From positions 78,306,001-78,370,000 of the forward strand of contig OX597824.1 in assembly GCA_951406725.2 (NCBI GenBank): a stretch of 64,000 nucleotides of DNA, in the 5' to 3' direction. A program made the translations under genes and the position numbers. Shown in pieces: positions 14,479 through 27,854 of this stretch. The notes under the pieces were generated by a model. That model saw only the letters and a program-made list of their open reading frames with translations, did not search any database and had not been told where the DNA came from. Numbering within the stretch: position 1 is the first letter of the stretch; every line of letters begins with the position of its first letter. Origin of the DNA: Octopus vulgaris (taxonomy: Eukaryota).

Positions 14479-15049
14479 TTAAGATAGGGGAACCAGTAGG
14501 CGGCGAGCTTGCGGAACCGTTAGCACGCCGGGCAAAATGCTTAGCAGTATTTTGTCTGTCTTTACGTTCTGAGATCAAATTCCGCCGAAGGTAAAGACAG
14601 ACGCTCACAATATACAAACATTTCTCATGGCACCAGTACACTGTTTACATATGCTTTCATTTTTTATGTCTTCCTTGAATTTTTCACGGGTCCAGCTAAT
14701 TATTATTATTATTATTATTTGGTAATAAATCGTATGGTTTACATCTGGTAGTTTGCCGGTAAAGCACAATCACTGGTTCAGTGTTCGTTGGGCATGTAAT
14801 TAACGAGAGAGACACATCAACGCCGAGGTATTCACCTAAACCAGAAGTCCAGGATCCTGCTCGCGTGGGATCGATTCTAGATGGATCGAAACAATTGCTG
14901 TGATCAATAAAAATTCTCGTATCTTCCATCTTCCATCTTCCGCTTCTCTGATTAATTAAATATATATAAATGCGTGTGTGTCTGTTTATATGTTTGTGTG
15001 TGTGTGTTTATTTGTTTGTTTGTGTGTGTGTGTGTGTGTGTGTGCTGAA

Positions 15050-15555
15050 ATAATTAAGGTGGCTAGACGTAATTCAAAACCAAAAATGAAATAATTCACC
15101 GTCGCTATGATGTCGCGAAGTTTGCTGGGAGCACCACCATTGATACAAATAATAATCAAAGAATTCTTCTGTCAGAGAAACCCATTTTCTATTTGCTGAC
15201 AGGGGAGACAACCTCCCCACTGCAAGTGAGTTGCATTAGATTGACATGGAAGTTACACATGAAATTTAATGCTCATCAGTAATGCTTGCTCCAGTGCAAG
15301 TGGTGAAGTTAAATTCTGCCCCTTAATTATATACAGATTTTACCATAGGAGAATCAGCAGCTGATTCCACAAAATGGTAATGGGAAAATTATAAGATAAT
15401 TAAGGTGGCTAGAGGCAATTGAAAACCAAAAAGATATAATTAACTGTCACTAAAATGGGATGAAGGGTGCAGAGAAAACTAACATTGCTAGAAATAAGAG
15501 TTAAAGAACTCTTTATCTACGGAAGCACATTTTCTATTTACTGACAGTGGAGATG
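15050..15555. repeat. Diverged partial tandem repeat (about 160-bp copies, period about 346) enclosing a degenerate HHR
   Basis: ataattaaggtggctaga...cattttctattt(g/a)ctgacag(g/t)ggaga at about 15050 and 15396. Confidence 0.8.
15233..15285 (-). ncRNA. Degenerate type I hammerhead ribozyme
   Basis: Stem I GCAUUA/UAAUGC, CUGAUGA, stem II GCAU/AUGU, GUAA instead of GAAA, weak stem III, AUC. Confidence 0.4.
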
Positions 15556-16789
15556 GTGGACTATTTCTTTTCTGAAGGATAAGACATCAAGGAGCTTTCT
15601 TGACACAAAATACGCATACAACAGGGGCTGAGATTATCCACGCAATTAGTTTTAGAAAATGTCAATATTGGAAAAATTACTTAAAAGCCTAAAAGAAAAT
15701 GTATGTTCGTTTCTCCAGTTTAGTAGGCCCTTAAGGTAATATCCCGCTTGCATTTACAGTATAATATGTTATCTTCTTTGAATATTATTTTTAGACTCTA
15801 AATACCCTCACAGGGAGATTTTGTCTGCTAATTGAAACGATAATCTCAGTTAATCGAGTTTTTTCTTCCATACTTTAAATATTCCATATGTGAGAGGAAA
15901 CTCTATTGATTTTGCATTTAATATGCAATACGGCTTCTTAATGCAATTTCCCTCAGCACAATTGTGCACTCTTCCTGCAATATTTGGCCTTGAGCTAATG
16001 TCAGAAATATACAGATTTCTTTTAACGTCAGTGTGTGAACGAACGACCAAGGCCTGTTTAATATTACTAACACAGTAAAATGGAAGTTGTTTATGTATGA
16101 AGACAGAGAGATGTTTGTTTGTAATTAGAAAGAAGAGAAATGTAAACGTCATCACTTTTTATGATTCGGAGAGCGAAATCATTCGTTCGTTTTGGCAACA
16201 AATATAAGACACCAGTGTTCTAGATTTGCAACATAAATAGTAGCAGAAAGATGACTATATATTGAGATTAGCCGATTACTTAAGGCAATACGGTAAATAT
16301 TCACTGGCGAAATTGTGTTATTCGGACATAAGAATATTTACTCTTGTGATGCCAGTTCAAACTTACAGTTCAGTAAACAAGGATTACACTTTATGCTTAA
16401 TTGGCTATCTAGATTTTACAACGGGCGTCTGACTATGAAGCATTTACGATGAAAGCATTTTTTTTCTTTCTTTCTTTTTTTTTTTTTTTACAAATGGCTA
16501 GGTTCTCATGACTACATCTTCCATGCTAACAATTTTCCGATAGATCTATAAACGATATTTCCAATCAAAATTAAGCTCCAGAATTAATAACTCCAGAATG
16601 ATTGTTACGAAGGATTGTGATTCAATGCCAATTTGGAATATATCTCAACGGAAAAGAATAGCTATCAGTAGATTAAATGAACTGAAATATATTATTACAT
16701 TTATGCCAGAGAGAAACTGATACGGGAATAGTGCAAGAGAGACAGAGAAAGAGACAGAGAAAGAGCCAGCGAGAGCCAGAGAAAGAGAC

Positions 16790-16827
<38 letters not shown>

Positions 16828-17741
16828 TTAGCGGAGAGAAAATATCTCTGATAAATACAATTTAAGAACCTTCATTTAATATCTGATATTTTTATCGGCC
16901 ATTGCATCTTCGTTTCCATGGCTTTGAGGACCACCACGACAGACGGAGGGACAATTGTGGTTAGTGTTTGCATGTTTCAAGTAAGCAACGTTAAGTATAT
17001 TAACTAGAAACAATTATGCGATGAAGTATAGAACGATATTAGTCCGTAAGTATATGGTATTTAGTCTTTCTGCAAATTCAATAGACAACTCTGTAAACGT
17101 TTCGATATCATATCATCTTCTCAACGAGTAATGGAGCTTATCTCACTTTCTGAAGTAACGATCATGAACTAAATAGATAGGTAGCAATACATTAATGTAT
17201 ATTTGAAGGTGAAGAGCAAAAGAAATATGGCGGAAATATAAGGCTTTTAGAAGTCATCCGGTGTTGAGTTTGGATTAAGTTAAGAGTAATCTTCTTTGTC
17301 GAAGCCTAAGATACATAACTCACAAACTCAGAGAACACTTTGATATTGTTTTTCTTGTTGTTTACCCCTGGTCAATCCAAAGGGAGCAGATTTATAATGC
17401 AAGGCGTAACAAATGTGATCATTCCATCTTATGTTTTGATAAGCAGTATCTAGCAGAGCATCGTTCTCTGAATCCTTCCATACTTAAGTCAATAGGTTAT
17501 GATTGACTGTTTTTTCTTCAAATATCTTTTTTATCATTTTCATATATTCTTTGTCAAAGTGACATTCGCCAGAAGATAATCGCAGAACTAGCAAAAGAAT
17601 TCCTCCAAGTCTTCGTTACAAGGAAAATAGAACAGAATAAACAATCACTTCTCCCTCAGAAATATAAAGCGGCTGTTTACTGTTGATGTAGGTTGTTGCA
17701 CCTGTAACTTTATCAGAAACGACAGACGCCTCTTATCCATC

Positions 17742-17810
<69 letters not shown>

Positions 17811-17858
17811 GAGAGAGAGAGAGAGAGAGTTTTCAATCTCTGAGCGAGAGATATGCAG

Positions 17859-17920
17859 TAACAGTGCCGAACAGTAAAGTTCCCGAAGGCGGGAAACAAC
17901 CCAGAAACCTAGGTCTGTTA
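17859..17920 (+). ncRNA. Degenerate type I hammerhead ribozyme in PLE pLTR-like repeat (about 17830-18086)
   Basis: Stem I UAACA/UGUUA, core GUGCCGA (two changes), hairpin UUCCCG/CGGGAA, GAAA, palindromic ACCUAGGU, GUC; downstream sequence related to the 46514 element. Confidence 0.45.
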
Positions 17921-18096
17921 GCATCACGAAGGCTAGAGAAGGGAGCGATAAACTTCCTTGCTCATATTAAACAGACACAAACTGTGTGTCGGAAGCCAGC
18001 TGGAAAAGATGGTTTCCTGGGGCTAAACAGTATTAACATCGTCCTGTTTAGGACTGCCACATTCGGTTAGCAAATAAACTTTACCATATATATATC

Positions 18097-18419
18097 GAGC
18101 CCCGGGACTTATTCTTTGTAAGCCCAGTACTTATTCTAACAGTCTCTTTTGCCGAACCGCTAAGTGACAGGGACGTAAACACACCAGCATCGGTTGTCAA
18201 GCAATGCTAGAGGGACAAACACAGATACACGAACATGTATCATACATATATATATATACGGCAGGCTTCTTTCAGTTTCCCTCTACCAAATCCACTCACA
18301 AGGCTTTGGTCGGCCCGAGGCTATAGCAGAAGACATTTGCCCAAGATGCCACGCAGTGGGACTGAACCCGGAACCATGTGGTTGGTTAGCAAGCTACTTA
18401 CCACACAGCCACTCCTGCG

Positions 18420-18424
<5 letters not shown>
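18097..18424 (-). mobile_element. SINE family B
   Basis: High identity to other B copies. Confidence 0.9.
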
Positions 18425-18470
<46 letters not shown>

Positions 18471-18502
18471 GTCCATACATATATATATACATATATATAT
18501 AA

Positions 18503-18705
18503 CTGTTAAACTCTACACATTTTTCACCTCTCTCCACTCTTAATTTTTTTTTCGTTCTCTCTACATTTCTTTTCCTCTCAATCCTCTGTGTCGAAGAGCA
18601 TAGGCTCGAAACGTCTAAGATTCTCCCATTCTTCCGTCAAGCAAATAAACATCTTCGTTGTTTTCCCATCTGTTTTCGTCTTTTATTCCTTGTAAATTCG
18701 AACTA
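18503..18705 (+). mobile_element. Family E short repeat (PLE pLTR-like) with decayed HHR motif
   Basis: gaagagcataggctcgaaacgtc; related to copies at 31395, 39385, 42472, 53659. Confidence 0.7.
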
Positions 18706-19886
18706 TACACACACACATATATATATATGTATATATATATACGTTTGCATGTATGTATGTGTGTTTGATGTACACCACAAACACATATGACATATGTATA
18801 TAAATATCTATATATGCATATGTACATACATATATATATATATATACCTATGTTTGCATTTACAAAATCACAAGGGAAAATTTCAAGGTAATATCTAGAC
18901 ACACACCTACACATTCATGCACACGCACACACATGAAGCAGCGACTCAATGATCATCTTTCTAGTTGAAATCAAAACACCCTTCCACCTTGAAAAATAAT
19001 ACACTCGATATAGTGTTCTTAGATGTCCTACGCCCGAAAAACATAAATGAGGGATATAATTAGAGTATCTGTGTATATGAGTCTCCTCGATCAGTGACAG
19101 CAGCAAACACACATTTATAGACAGATAGGCTCGTATACAGACGTAACCGGGTCACATACGAATATACGATAGACAACGACACATACAAATCACCTATGTT
19201 AGAGAATAGACATTCACACATAAAAATGTATCATTGATTGTTGTGCCACTTGACTCACCACCGTACACTGTTCCTCCTCTATATATTTCTCAGTTTTTCT
19301 CTGTCCTTTTCTCTTTTCTCATCCGTCACTATTTCTCTGCTATCCCTTTTCTCTGTCTCTTTTTCTACTCTATTAAATGCTGTGCAATTATATTGCATCG
19401 CAACTAATAACACTACAGTGCTATTATCAGTGTTTTTTTTAAAATTGTTGTTGTTGCTGTTACAGTAAATTTTATTTGGAAGGTGTTATCGGAGAAAGAT
19501 GAGGGAAAGGCTGAGCGGAGAGTAAATTTTAAAAAATGTTTCCACTGTTCTGGTTTTGATGAGGAATTGTTTTCCAGCGGAAATCTTTGCTGGTCACAGA
19601 CACGAACATTCACTGAGAGCAATTAGCCTGACATAGTAACAACAAAAACAATAGCAGCACCAATTACAAAATAATAATATGATAAGGAGGAGGAAGAAGT
19701 GGAGGAGGAAGCAGAGGAGGAGGAAGAAGAAGGAGGAAGCAGAGGAAGAAGAAGGAGAGGAGGAGGAAGATATGTTATTGAAATTAATCATACCAAATGC
19801 TCAAATTGAGCACCCTCTACAATAAAACAAGCCGAAAAAAATATAATAAAATAAATTGCTTTAATAACTTTTTATGAAAACCAGAA

Positions 19887-20020
19887 TGGTGCGCGACTTC
19901 TGGGACACCCTGTATTAAATTTAATATTAAATTTCCTTTTATCTCGGGTATGTGGTAAACATCCCGACGTTCCAGCATTCCAACTTCCCGATGTTCCGAC
20001 TTTTCGACGTTTCGACATTC
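19887..20020. mobile_element. DNA transposon ends: mariner-like TIR (…gggacaccctg|TA) followed by a MULE-like ttccgac repeat array
   Basis: Terminal motifs only; no partner ends identified. Confidence 0.4.
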
Positions 20021-20666
20021 TCTGTAATTTATCTTTAAAAATGTAGGACAAAACTTTTATCCAGTAAAATCTTAATAACACAACAATTTTAGCTACACTG
20101 ACACGTCAGATATTTGAACATACCAGAAAAAACTAACGTGATTTAAAAGAGGACATCAAAATCGAAGTAAACCATGTAGCGTTTTTACATTAAGTTGAAA
20201 TAAACGAGTTTTAGCAAGAAAACCTGACAGCTATTACAAAAGACAATAGATATTTCTGCTTCACTAATCGGCATCTAATTCAGCTGTGAACTAGAAAATT
20301 CCCATTAGCGATAATCTATCAGGTTTTCTGCTTGGAGTAACTTGACAACTTGACATGGAACATTTGTTGCAGTCCTGCTGGTTTTCAGCTATTGGATTGA
20401 AAGCATCCTTTCCTATTGTCTTCAAAGATTGTTATGGAATATGTTGGCATCACAGGACTTTGTCGGACATTAATTTCGTCTTCTTAGTCAAGGAGGAAGA
20501 TAACGTCAATGGTGGTCAAAGCAGATAACAAAATTTTACAATGTATTTTTGTTCAGCGAACCGATGATGCCATCTCTACTGATGCACACACATGTAGTTG
20601 TGTGCATGTATAAATATATGTGTGTGTGAGTCTGTGTGTATGCACGCACAGACACAAACATATATC

Positions 20667-20703
<37 letters not shown>

Positions 20704-20848
20704 GAGAGAGAGAGGAGGAGAAACAGAGGGGCAATTATGCGATTGAACAAATTAGATACATTAAATATATAGTTTGAGTATGAAATACAAAATATATATG
20801 TGAATGTGTAGGGTGTATGAAATACAGCATATATATATGTGTGTGTGT

Positions 20849-20897
<49 letters not shown>

Positions 20898-20900
<3 letters not shown>

Positions 20901-22170
20901 TGACAACAAAAGAATGAATGAGACCTCGAGATCATGTAAAATACAGGAATTTATCTATAAATATAATATGTGACAATTAGCTGGTTGTCATAATAAAACT
21001 CAGAGTTTCGGATGCCGGGACTGAAGCCTGCTCCGGCATCTCATCAGTTATTAAGACAACCGCTATGAACAAAGCAGTTGAATTAAGGGAAATTACTCCA
21101 ACAGGCATGGGGAAAGTAATACTTCATCCACAGAATCCGCATATGCACATATAGGCACACATATATACAGGTACGCACACACACACACATGTATGTATAT
21201 ATATGTATATACATACACAGGTGTGTACATGTGCATACAAATACACATGCATACACGCACATACACACGCATATATACACATACCCGCATCACTACCCTC
21301 AAATACACATCTCTACATGCACACACACATACATATGCGGATATACAAAACGTAGCTTATACGCGCATGCATATACATACAAATAAAATCACATACGAAA
21401 AAACGCACGGATCATTTTGCTCATATACACATCTCTATACGCACATACTCATACATACGCGGATATTCAAAACGTAGTCTATACGCACATGCACATACTT
21501 ACGCGGATACACGTATATACAAATAAAAACACATACGCAAAAACGCACATATCATTATGTCCCTATGCACATGCACATAATACGCGGATTCACGTATATA
21601 CAAATAAAAACACATACGGAAAATACCATAAACCGTAAAACATTCACATTCGCCGCAAAACATGAATATACAAATGAATTATATATGTATATACAGAGAT
21701 ACACACTCTTGTCTGTCAAACGCATCTACATCTGCAGATATATAAACGTATATACATACATACATATATGTATGAAGGAAGGAGACAAGTACCACAGGTA
21801 GAGTATTACACTCGTATATATACAATCACTCCTACGCATGTATATATGCACGCATATACACATTTGATATATACTACACGCGTATATGGTTACACAATTA
21901 TAAAGGGAGAAAAATAATATACAGAAAAAATATATAAAGCAATAAAATATATATAAGAAACATATGAGATGTTAAGACATATCTGTGATCTTAGGCGGGG
22001 TCCAAAAACGTAGCAATTGTTTTTCCATGTGTGGACATGACCCAAAAAGTTCAGTTCTTGAATTTAGACGTATCGCGAGGTTTAAAGAACATTTCCAGAT
22101 GAGCCATCTTTCCATATCTCAAAGACAGCACTTTCCACTGCCGTAGGTTAAGGCTTATACTTGGCCAAGA
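20898..22170 (-). mobile_element. Naiad-type Penelope-like element 3' part: GIY-YIG C-terminus, repeat-rich 3' UTR, pLTR with HHR
   Basis: SGKCCL*DMERWLIWKCSLNLAIRLNSRTELFGSCPH; HHR at 20991-21053 on the same strand; terminal 40 bp match 62828-62868. Confidence 0.75.
20991..21053 (-). ncRNA. Type I hammerhead ribozyme
   Basis: Stem I UAAUAA/UUAUUA, CUGAUGA, 8-bp stem II GAUGCCGG/CCGGCAUC plus one extra C, GAAA, stem III ACU-CUG-AGU, GUU site. Confidence 0.85.
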
Positions 22171-22233
22171 TGTTCCAGTCTAAAGCTTACACTTGGCCAA
22201 TATCTTCCAGTCTAAGGGTTACACTTGGCCAAG

Positions 22234-22630
22234 ATCTTGTCCAAGTGCAAGCCTTACACCTACAGCAGTGGAAAGTGCGATCTTTGCGATATAGAAAGAT
22301 GGCTCATCTGTAAAAGTTCTTTAAACTCCTCTACATGTCTAAATTCAAGAACTGAACTTTTTGAGTCATGTCCACATTTGGCAAAACATTTGCTACCTGT
22401 TTGGACCCCCCTCCCCCACCAAGATCACAGAGAGAACCTACTTTTTATATGCCCAAGTACAAGTCTTTCATATATTTTAACATCTCATATATTTCTTATA
22501 TATATTTTATTGCTTTATATATTCTTTGTGTATTATTTGTCACCTTTTTTAATTGTGTAACTTATTTGTGTGTCATATATACCGAATGTGTACTTGCGTG
22601 AATATAAACATGTGTACGAATGATTGTATA
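22234..22630 (+). pseudogene. Naiad-type PLE GIY-YIG endonuclease C-terminus plus 3' UTR (inverted relative to 21815-22170)
   Basis: KILSKCKPYTYSSGKCDLCDIERWLICKSSLNSSTCLNSRTELFESCPH: CxxC, LN.R.E and C.H motifs. Confidence 0.8.
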
Positions 22631-22835
22631 TGTTTGTGTGTCTCTGTTTGTCCCCGCAACATCGCTTGACAATCGATGCTGGTGTGTTTACGTTCCCTTT
22701 ACTTAGCGGTTCGGCAAAACAGACCGATAGAATAAGTACTAGGCTTACAAAGAATAAGTCCTGGGGTCGGGTGCTCCAGCATGGCCACAGTCAAATGACT
22801 GAAACAAGCAAAAGAGATAAAAGAGAAACAGAATA
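22630..22835 (+). mobile_element. SINE family B, 3' half
   Basis: acttagcggttcggcaaaa...gtcaaatgactgaaacaag. Confidence 0.88.
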
Positions 22836-23230
22836 AAGATGAAGTATATTTCGTTTATGGAATAAACTCATTTTATTTTTTGTTCCTCTTTTACGGGATA
22901 ATATTTTCTTGGGAAACCTTCCCGCTTTACACAGTGTAATCACGACTGTATTGTCCCCGTTGTCTCCTTTTGTGAAGGTGATACGGTTTGTTTTGAGGGA
23001 GACATGACTACTACTTCTACAAGATCGAACAACAATGGAGGATTAACCTCAGCCCTCGATCTGCCAGAAATATTTGCAAAAACTATATAGAACACAGTAT
23101 GTGATGATGTTTGAGTTAGGTACCTCTAATCTGAAGTGATAGCCAGATATGGACTGCTTCAAACGTAGATCTGCTTAATCTAAAATCATAGCAGATGACT
23201 TGTGGCTCAACAACAACACCAACAACAACT

Positions 23231-23786
23231 GCGGAGGTGGCGCAATGGTCCAATGTTTAGGGCAGCGGACTTGCGGTCGTAAGAACGCGGTTTCGATTCC
23301 CAGACTGGGCATTGTGAGTGTTTATTGAACAAAAAACACCTAAGCTCCACGAGCTCGGAGGTGGGGGGGTGATCCCCGCTATACTCTTTCATCACAACTT
23401 TCTCTCACTCTTTCTTCTTACCTCTGCCACTAAGCAGAGGAACCATAGTGTAACCAACTATGGTGTGGTAAACTTTCAGACACTAGTCTGGATTGCGAAT
23501 ACTGTGTACCCCAGGATGGTTCAGCTCTCTACCCGTTAAAAGCCACCGTTTACGGAATAAGGATGACAACATAGCTTTCGTGCCAATGCAACCGCCAGTC
23601 TATCCTGTGTGGTGGGTGGATATTCAAGTTGCCACGCGCATTTTTAGTAACTTAGGGTAGGCTCGAATTAGAGATTATTCTTTGTGGCTAATGGCATGAG
23701 TCCTGATTGGAAGAAGAAGAAGAAGAAGAAGAAGAAGAAGAAGAAGAAGAAGAAGAAGAAGAAGAAGAAGAAGAAGAAGAAGAAGA
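23231..23786 (+). mobile_element. SINE family C head with a distinct tail of about 300 bp (type iv) ending in (GAA)n
   Basis: Family C head and body to about 23415, then sequence unique in this window running into (GAA)n at 23710-23786. Confidence 0.7.
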
Positions 23787-24321
23787 CGGTTACGTAAAGA
23801 CTCCTTTATTTGCTTGTCTTCATATTTCTAAATCCAGTTGGTTTTCATAACACGAAACCACCGACCTTGTGTTCCTATCTTACAGCTCTCATGGTTCATA
23901 TAATTCCCAAGCATTATGCTAGTGGTAAAATAAGTGCTCGAAAACTAGAGAAAAAAGAATAATGCAATAGAGAAAACGAATAAAATGTTTGTTGGGCAAT
24001 ATTAGCGGAAACGCTAAAGTTATTATGAACTGAACGAAAAATTTAAAGACTTTCTGTAGGCTAGACATCGAAATATCGTCGGAAAGGTCGAAATGAGAGA
24101 TGGGTCAAGGATGTCTGAATGTCTAATGCTATATTGCTAGAAGATATTTCTGAAGGTTAAAACGGTACTCATAGATTCCTCACGGGTGTGAAGGAACGAA
24201 GAGAAGATTATGGAGTATAGTGTATGGAGTACGGTGTATGGCGTATGGAAGGTGAATAATCTAGAAACATAAAAATTAAGAAAAACAAACATAGAAACAA
24301 ACAAGAAGATAAAATATTATT

Positions 24322-24365
<44 letters not shown>

Positions 24366-25544
24366 CAGATCAGGTATTATGGCATTTTCATCTTCTTCTT
24401 CGAGGCGTTATTAAAGAGAATTGATTTTCAAAACTTTACGATTTTGCCGTTCCACCATAAAACTATGCTTTTTGTCTTTTGTGTTGTATTTGTTTTGTTT
24501 TGTTTTTTTTTTTGTTTTTTTTTTTGTTTATCCTCATCATCATCATCATCAATATCATCTTCATCGTCATGAATATTACTACCATTACTACAAATATATC
24601 TAAGGTCAACCGTTATCAAGCACAATGGAAGGCCTCATTTATAGAGAAACGCATAGGGAATTATGTTTAACCATTGAAAAGCTGATCAATTTTCCAGTAC
24701 GAAATAGCAGCCAAATCTTCCTCCAATCCCACCTTAGTGTCTTAAAAGAAGGAAACCGAATCAATAATAATGTTTTCTGATTCATGCACAAGGCTAGCAA
24801 TTTCAAGGGAGAGGTTAGTTGATACCTCGACTCCAGTACTTGATAGGCACTTTATTTTTATCATACCAAAAGGACGAAATACAATGTTGATCACGGAAGA
24901 ATTTGAACGCTGAGTATAAAGTGCCATGATTGAACAATACCAGGAATTTTGTTCGACGCTCTAACGATTCCGCCAGCCAACAGAACTTACACTGATAATA
25001 ATAATTAAAAGAGAGCAAAACAAAAAGACGCTGTGTACTCAAATCACCTGTGATGAAAGACACTTCAACCATGGCCATCCTTTCATAGTGGGTTTATCTA
25101 AAGTGAGATATAAGAAAGATTTAGTAGTTATTGAAATCCTCGATTTCGCGGACTGTTAGAAGGGAGGATGCATTTGTTAATACCGAATGTAACCTGGGTT
25201 GCCTTCAGTTAAAAAAAGAACGGGATGGTCAATATTGGAATGCTTCTGATCATAGGTATGCCCGGTAATGGCTGAACCACAGTTAAAAGCAACAACATCA
25301 ACAACTATAATGTCAAACGATACGTGGTCGTGAGGAGCAACTGTAGCGTTCAGACCAAGTTCATATTGCCCTAGTATCCTTTGTTGTGGGGATAACCCAA
25401 ATCGATGAATGAAGGAAACTATCACTATGATGACGGCAAAATGTCCTTTAGTTTCAATGAATAAAAGGCGAGCAAAAATGGCATTTAAACAATTTTTTAT
25501 GTTAAAATTCTACATTGTGTAGCGCATATTCTTTCCTACTCTAT

Positions 25545-25927
25545 GCATAAGGACTGAAATTTTTGGAGAGGAGGCCAGTCGATTAGATCTACCCCAGTAC
25601 GCAACTATTACTTAATTCATCGACCCCGAATGGATGAAAGGCAAAGTCAACCTCCGCGGAATTTGAACTCAGAACTTAAAGACAAACGAAATATCTGTTT
25701 CTTTATTACCCACAAGGGGCTAAACAGAGAGGGAACAAGCAAGGACAGACAAATGGATTAAGTCGATTACATCGACCCCAGTGCGTAACTGGTACTTATT
25801 TGATCGACCCCGAAAGGATGAAAGGCAAAGTGGACCTCGGCGGAATTTGAACTCAAGTGTAGCGACGGGCGAAATACTGCGAAGCACTTCGCCCGGCATG
25901 CTAACGTCTCTGCCAGCTCGCTGCCTT
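25545..25927 (-). mobile_element. SINE family A dimer (young copy joined to 3' part of an older copy)
   Basis: Two successive central domains cgaccccgaa(a/t)ggatgaaaggcaaagt. Confidence 0.88.
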
Positions 25928-26864
25928 ATTGTGCAACGCATATTGTATAAAAGTCTCTTTTGTTTGTTTGTTTTACAGACAAAATAATAAAAATATCCCC
26001 GGTTTACCTTCAATTGCATTTAGTTTAACTGATTTTCGATAATAACGGTATCATCATTCCTGCAATTTGTCCGTTAAAATGAGGTTTTAAATAGCAGCTG
26101 CATCACCTTTATATCAGACGCTATCACCTCAAAAAGAACATTCATATTAGATAATGCGGTCCTAATTAATCCTAAAATTACAAGATATTCATAGATGAAA
26201 TACCTTTGCTCATACGCCTATCTGCTCGATCGGGGTTGTCGAAGCTAAATATCTGCTAATGAATCTACAACCATACATAATCCGTAGAAGAAAACCTGGG
26301 ATTTACTTTTGTTTTTCTTTTTGCAGAGGAATTTTTACTGAATGAATACAAAAAAAACTAACCAGTTTTATTAGTTACCTTCGCCTTTTCAGTTCTCTAC
26401 TTCTTTTGCTTGTCATTCCTCTGTGATGGATACAAACGGTACCTAAGATGTGCTTTTAGAGCAGGGTTTCATAACATGAGGTATCTGCGGTGTGTAGTTA
26501 TGCGTGGTGGCATATGAAGTGGAACAACAAAGAGTGAAAATGTACACGTTTTTTCTTTAATCGCTTTTAAGAACAGAATTATCAACTAACTCTTTAAAAA
26601 AGTTTTATTGGATTGAACACACTAAGAACTCTATTATTTTACATAGCTAGACTTATCTTTTAGAACATTATAAGGAAATACTTGTGGGAACTGAATCTGG
26701 ATTCAGTTCTCTTATCAATCAAGAGAAAAATCTAAGAATCGCCTGTTTCACATGCAGGCCTATGGATCGCAATCAACAAGAAAGATCTAAGTTTTGATTG
26801 AATCATGAATGAAGAACTGGAAGAAAGTGATTAAAATGCATATCCACAGTTACCCTTTTATTTG

Positions 26865-27054
26865 ATTCGATCATTTGACTGCGGCCATGCTGGAGCACCG
26901 CCTTTAGTCGAGCAAGTCGACCCCAGGACTTATTCTATCGGTCTCTTTTGCCGATCCGCTAAGTTACGAGGACGTGAACACACGAACATCGGTTGTTAAG
27001 CGATGTTGGGGGACAAACACAGACACACAAACATATACACATACATATATATAT

Positions 27055-27101
<47 letters not shown>

Positions 27102-27268
27102 TACGACGGGCTTCTTTCAGTTTTCGTCTACCAAATCCACTCACAAGGCTTTGGTTGGCCCGAGGCTATAGTAGAAGACACTTGCCCAAGGTGCCACGCA
27201 ATGGGACTGAACCCGGAACCATGTGGTTGGTGAGCAAGCTACTTACCACACAGCCACTCCTACGCCTA
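26865..27268 (-). mobile_element. SINE family B, near full length
   Basis: High identity to other B copies. Confidence 0.9.
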
Positions 27269-27412
27269 TGTTGTGAACATTTATGTTTTTGAAATTACCC
27301 AGTTTTAGTTTGTATCTTATGCCATGTATCAAAATGATTATTTTAATTCAAATTGTTCACTGACAGTACACTACGTTGTTAAATTTAATACACACATACA
27401 CGCACACACACG

Positions 27413-27479
<67 letters not shown>

Positions 27480-27638
27480 GGGTGTGTGTGATTGTGTATA
27501 GAAGAATATATTAATAAAAGGAATTCCAACCGTGTCTGATTTTCACGTTTTATTTACAATCTTATAATGGTATAATATAATATAATATAATATAATATAA
27601 TAAAATAAAATAATAGAATGTTAAATGTTCATTCTGAT

Positions 27639-27683
27639 TGAACTAGTACTTTCATGCATTAAATTCTGCAATCTTCAGGTTCA
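27639..27683 (-). ncRNA. Minimal type I hammerhead ribozyme
   Basis: Stem I UGAAC/GUUCA, CUGAAGA, stem II UGCA/UGCA (U-U at base), GAAA, palindromic AGUACU, CUA site; island between (TA)n tracts. Confidence 0.75.
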
Positions 27684-27785
27684 TGTAGTAGTGGTGACAG
27701 TCATGCTTCACAATTTTTGACTGTCAAAAATTGTGAAGCAAATAAATATATATATATGTGTGTGTGGTGTGTGTGTGTATGTATT

Positions 27786-27854
<69 letters not shown>

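Noticed and set aside
21075-21135. Minus-strand ATGAA plus hairpin as a possible SECIS for the Naiad TGA
   Set aside because: The 3' side lacks the GA of the non-Watson-Crick quartet and there is no apical AA motif
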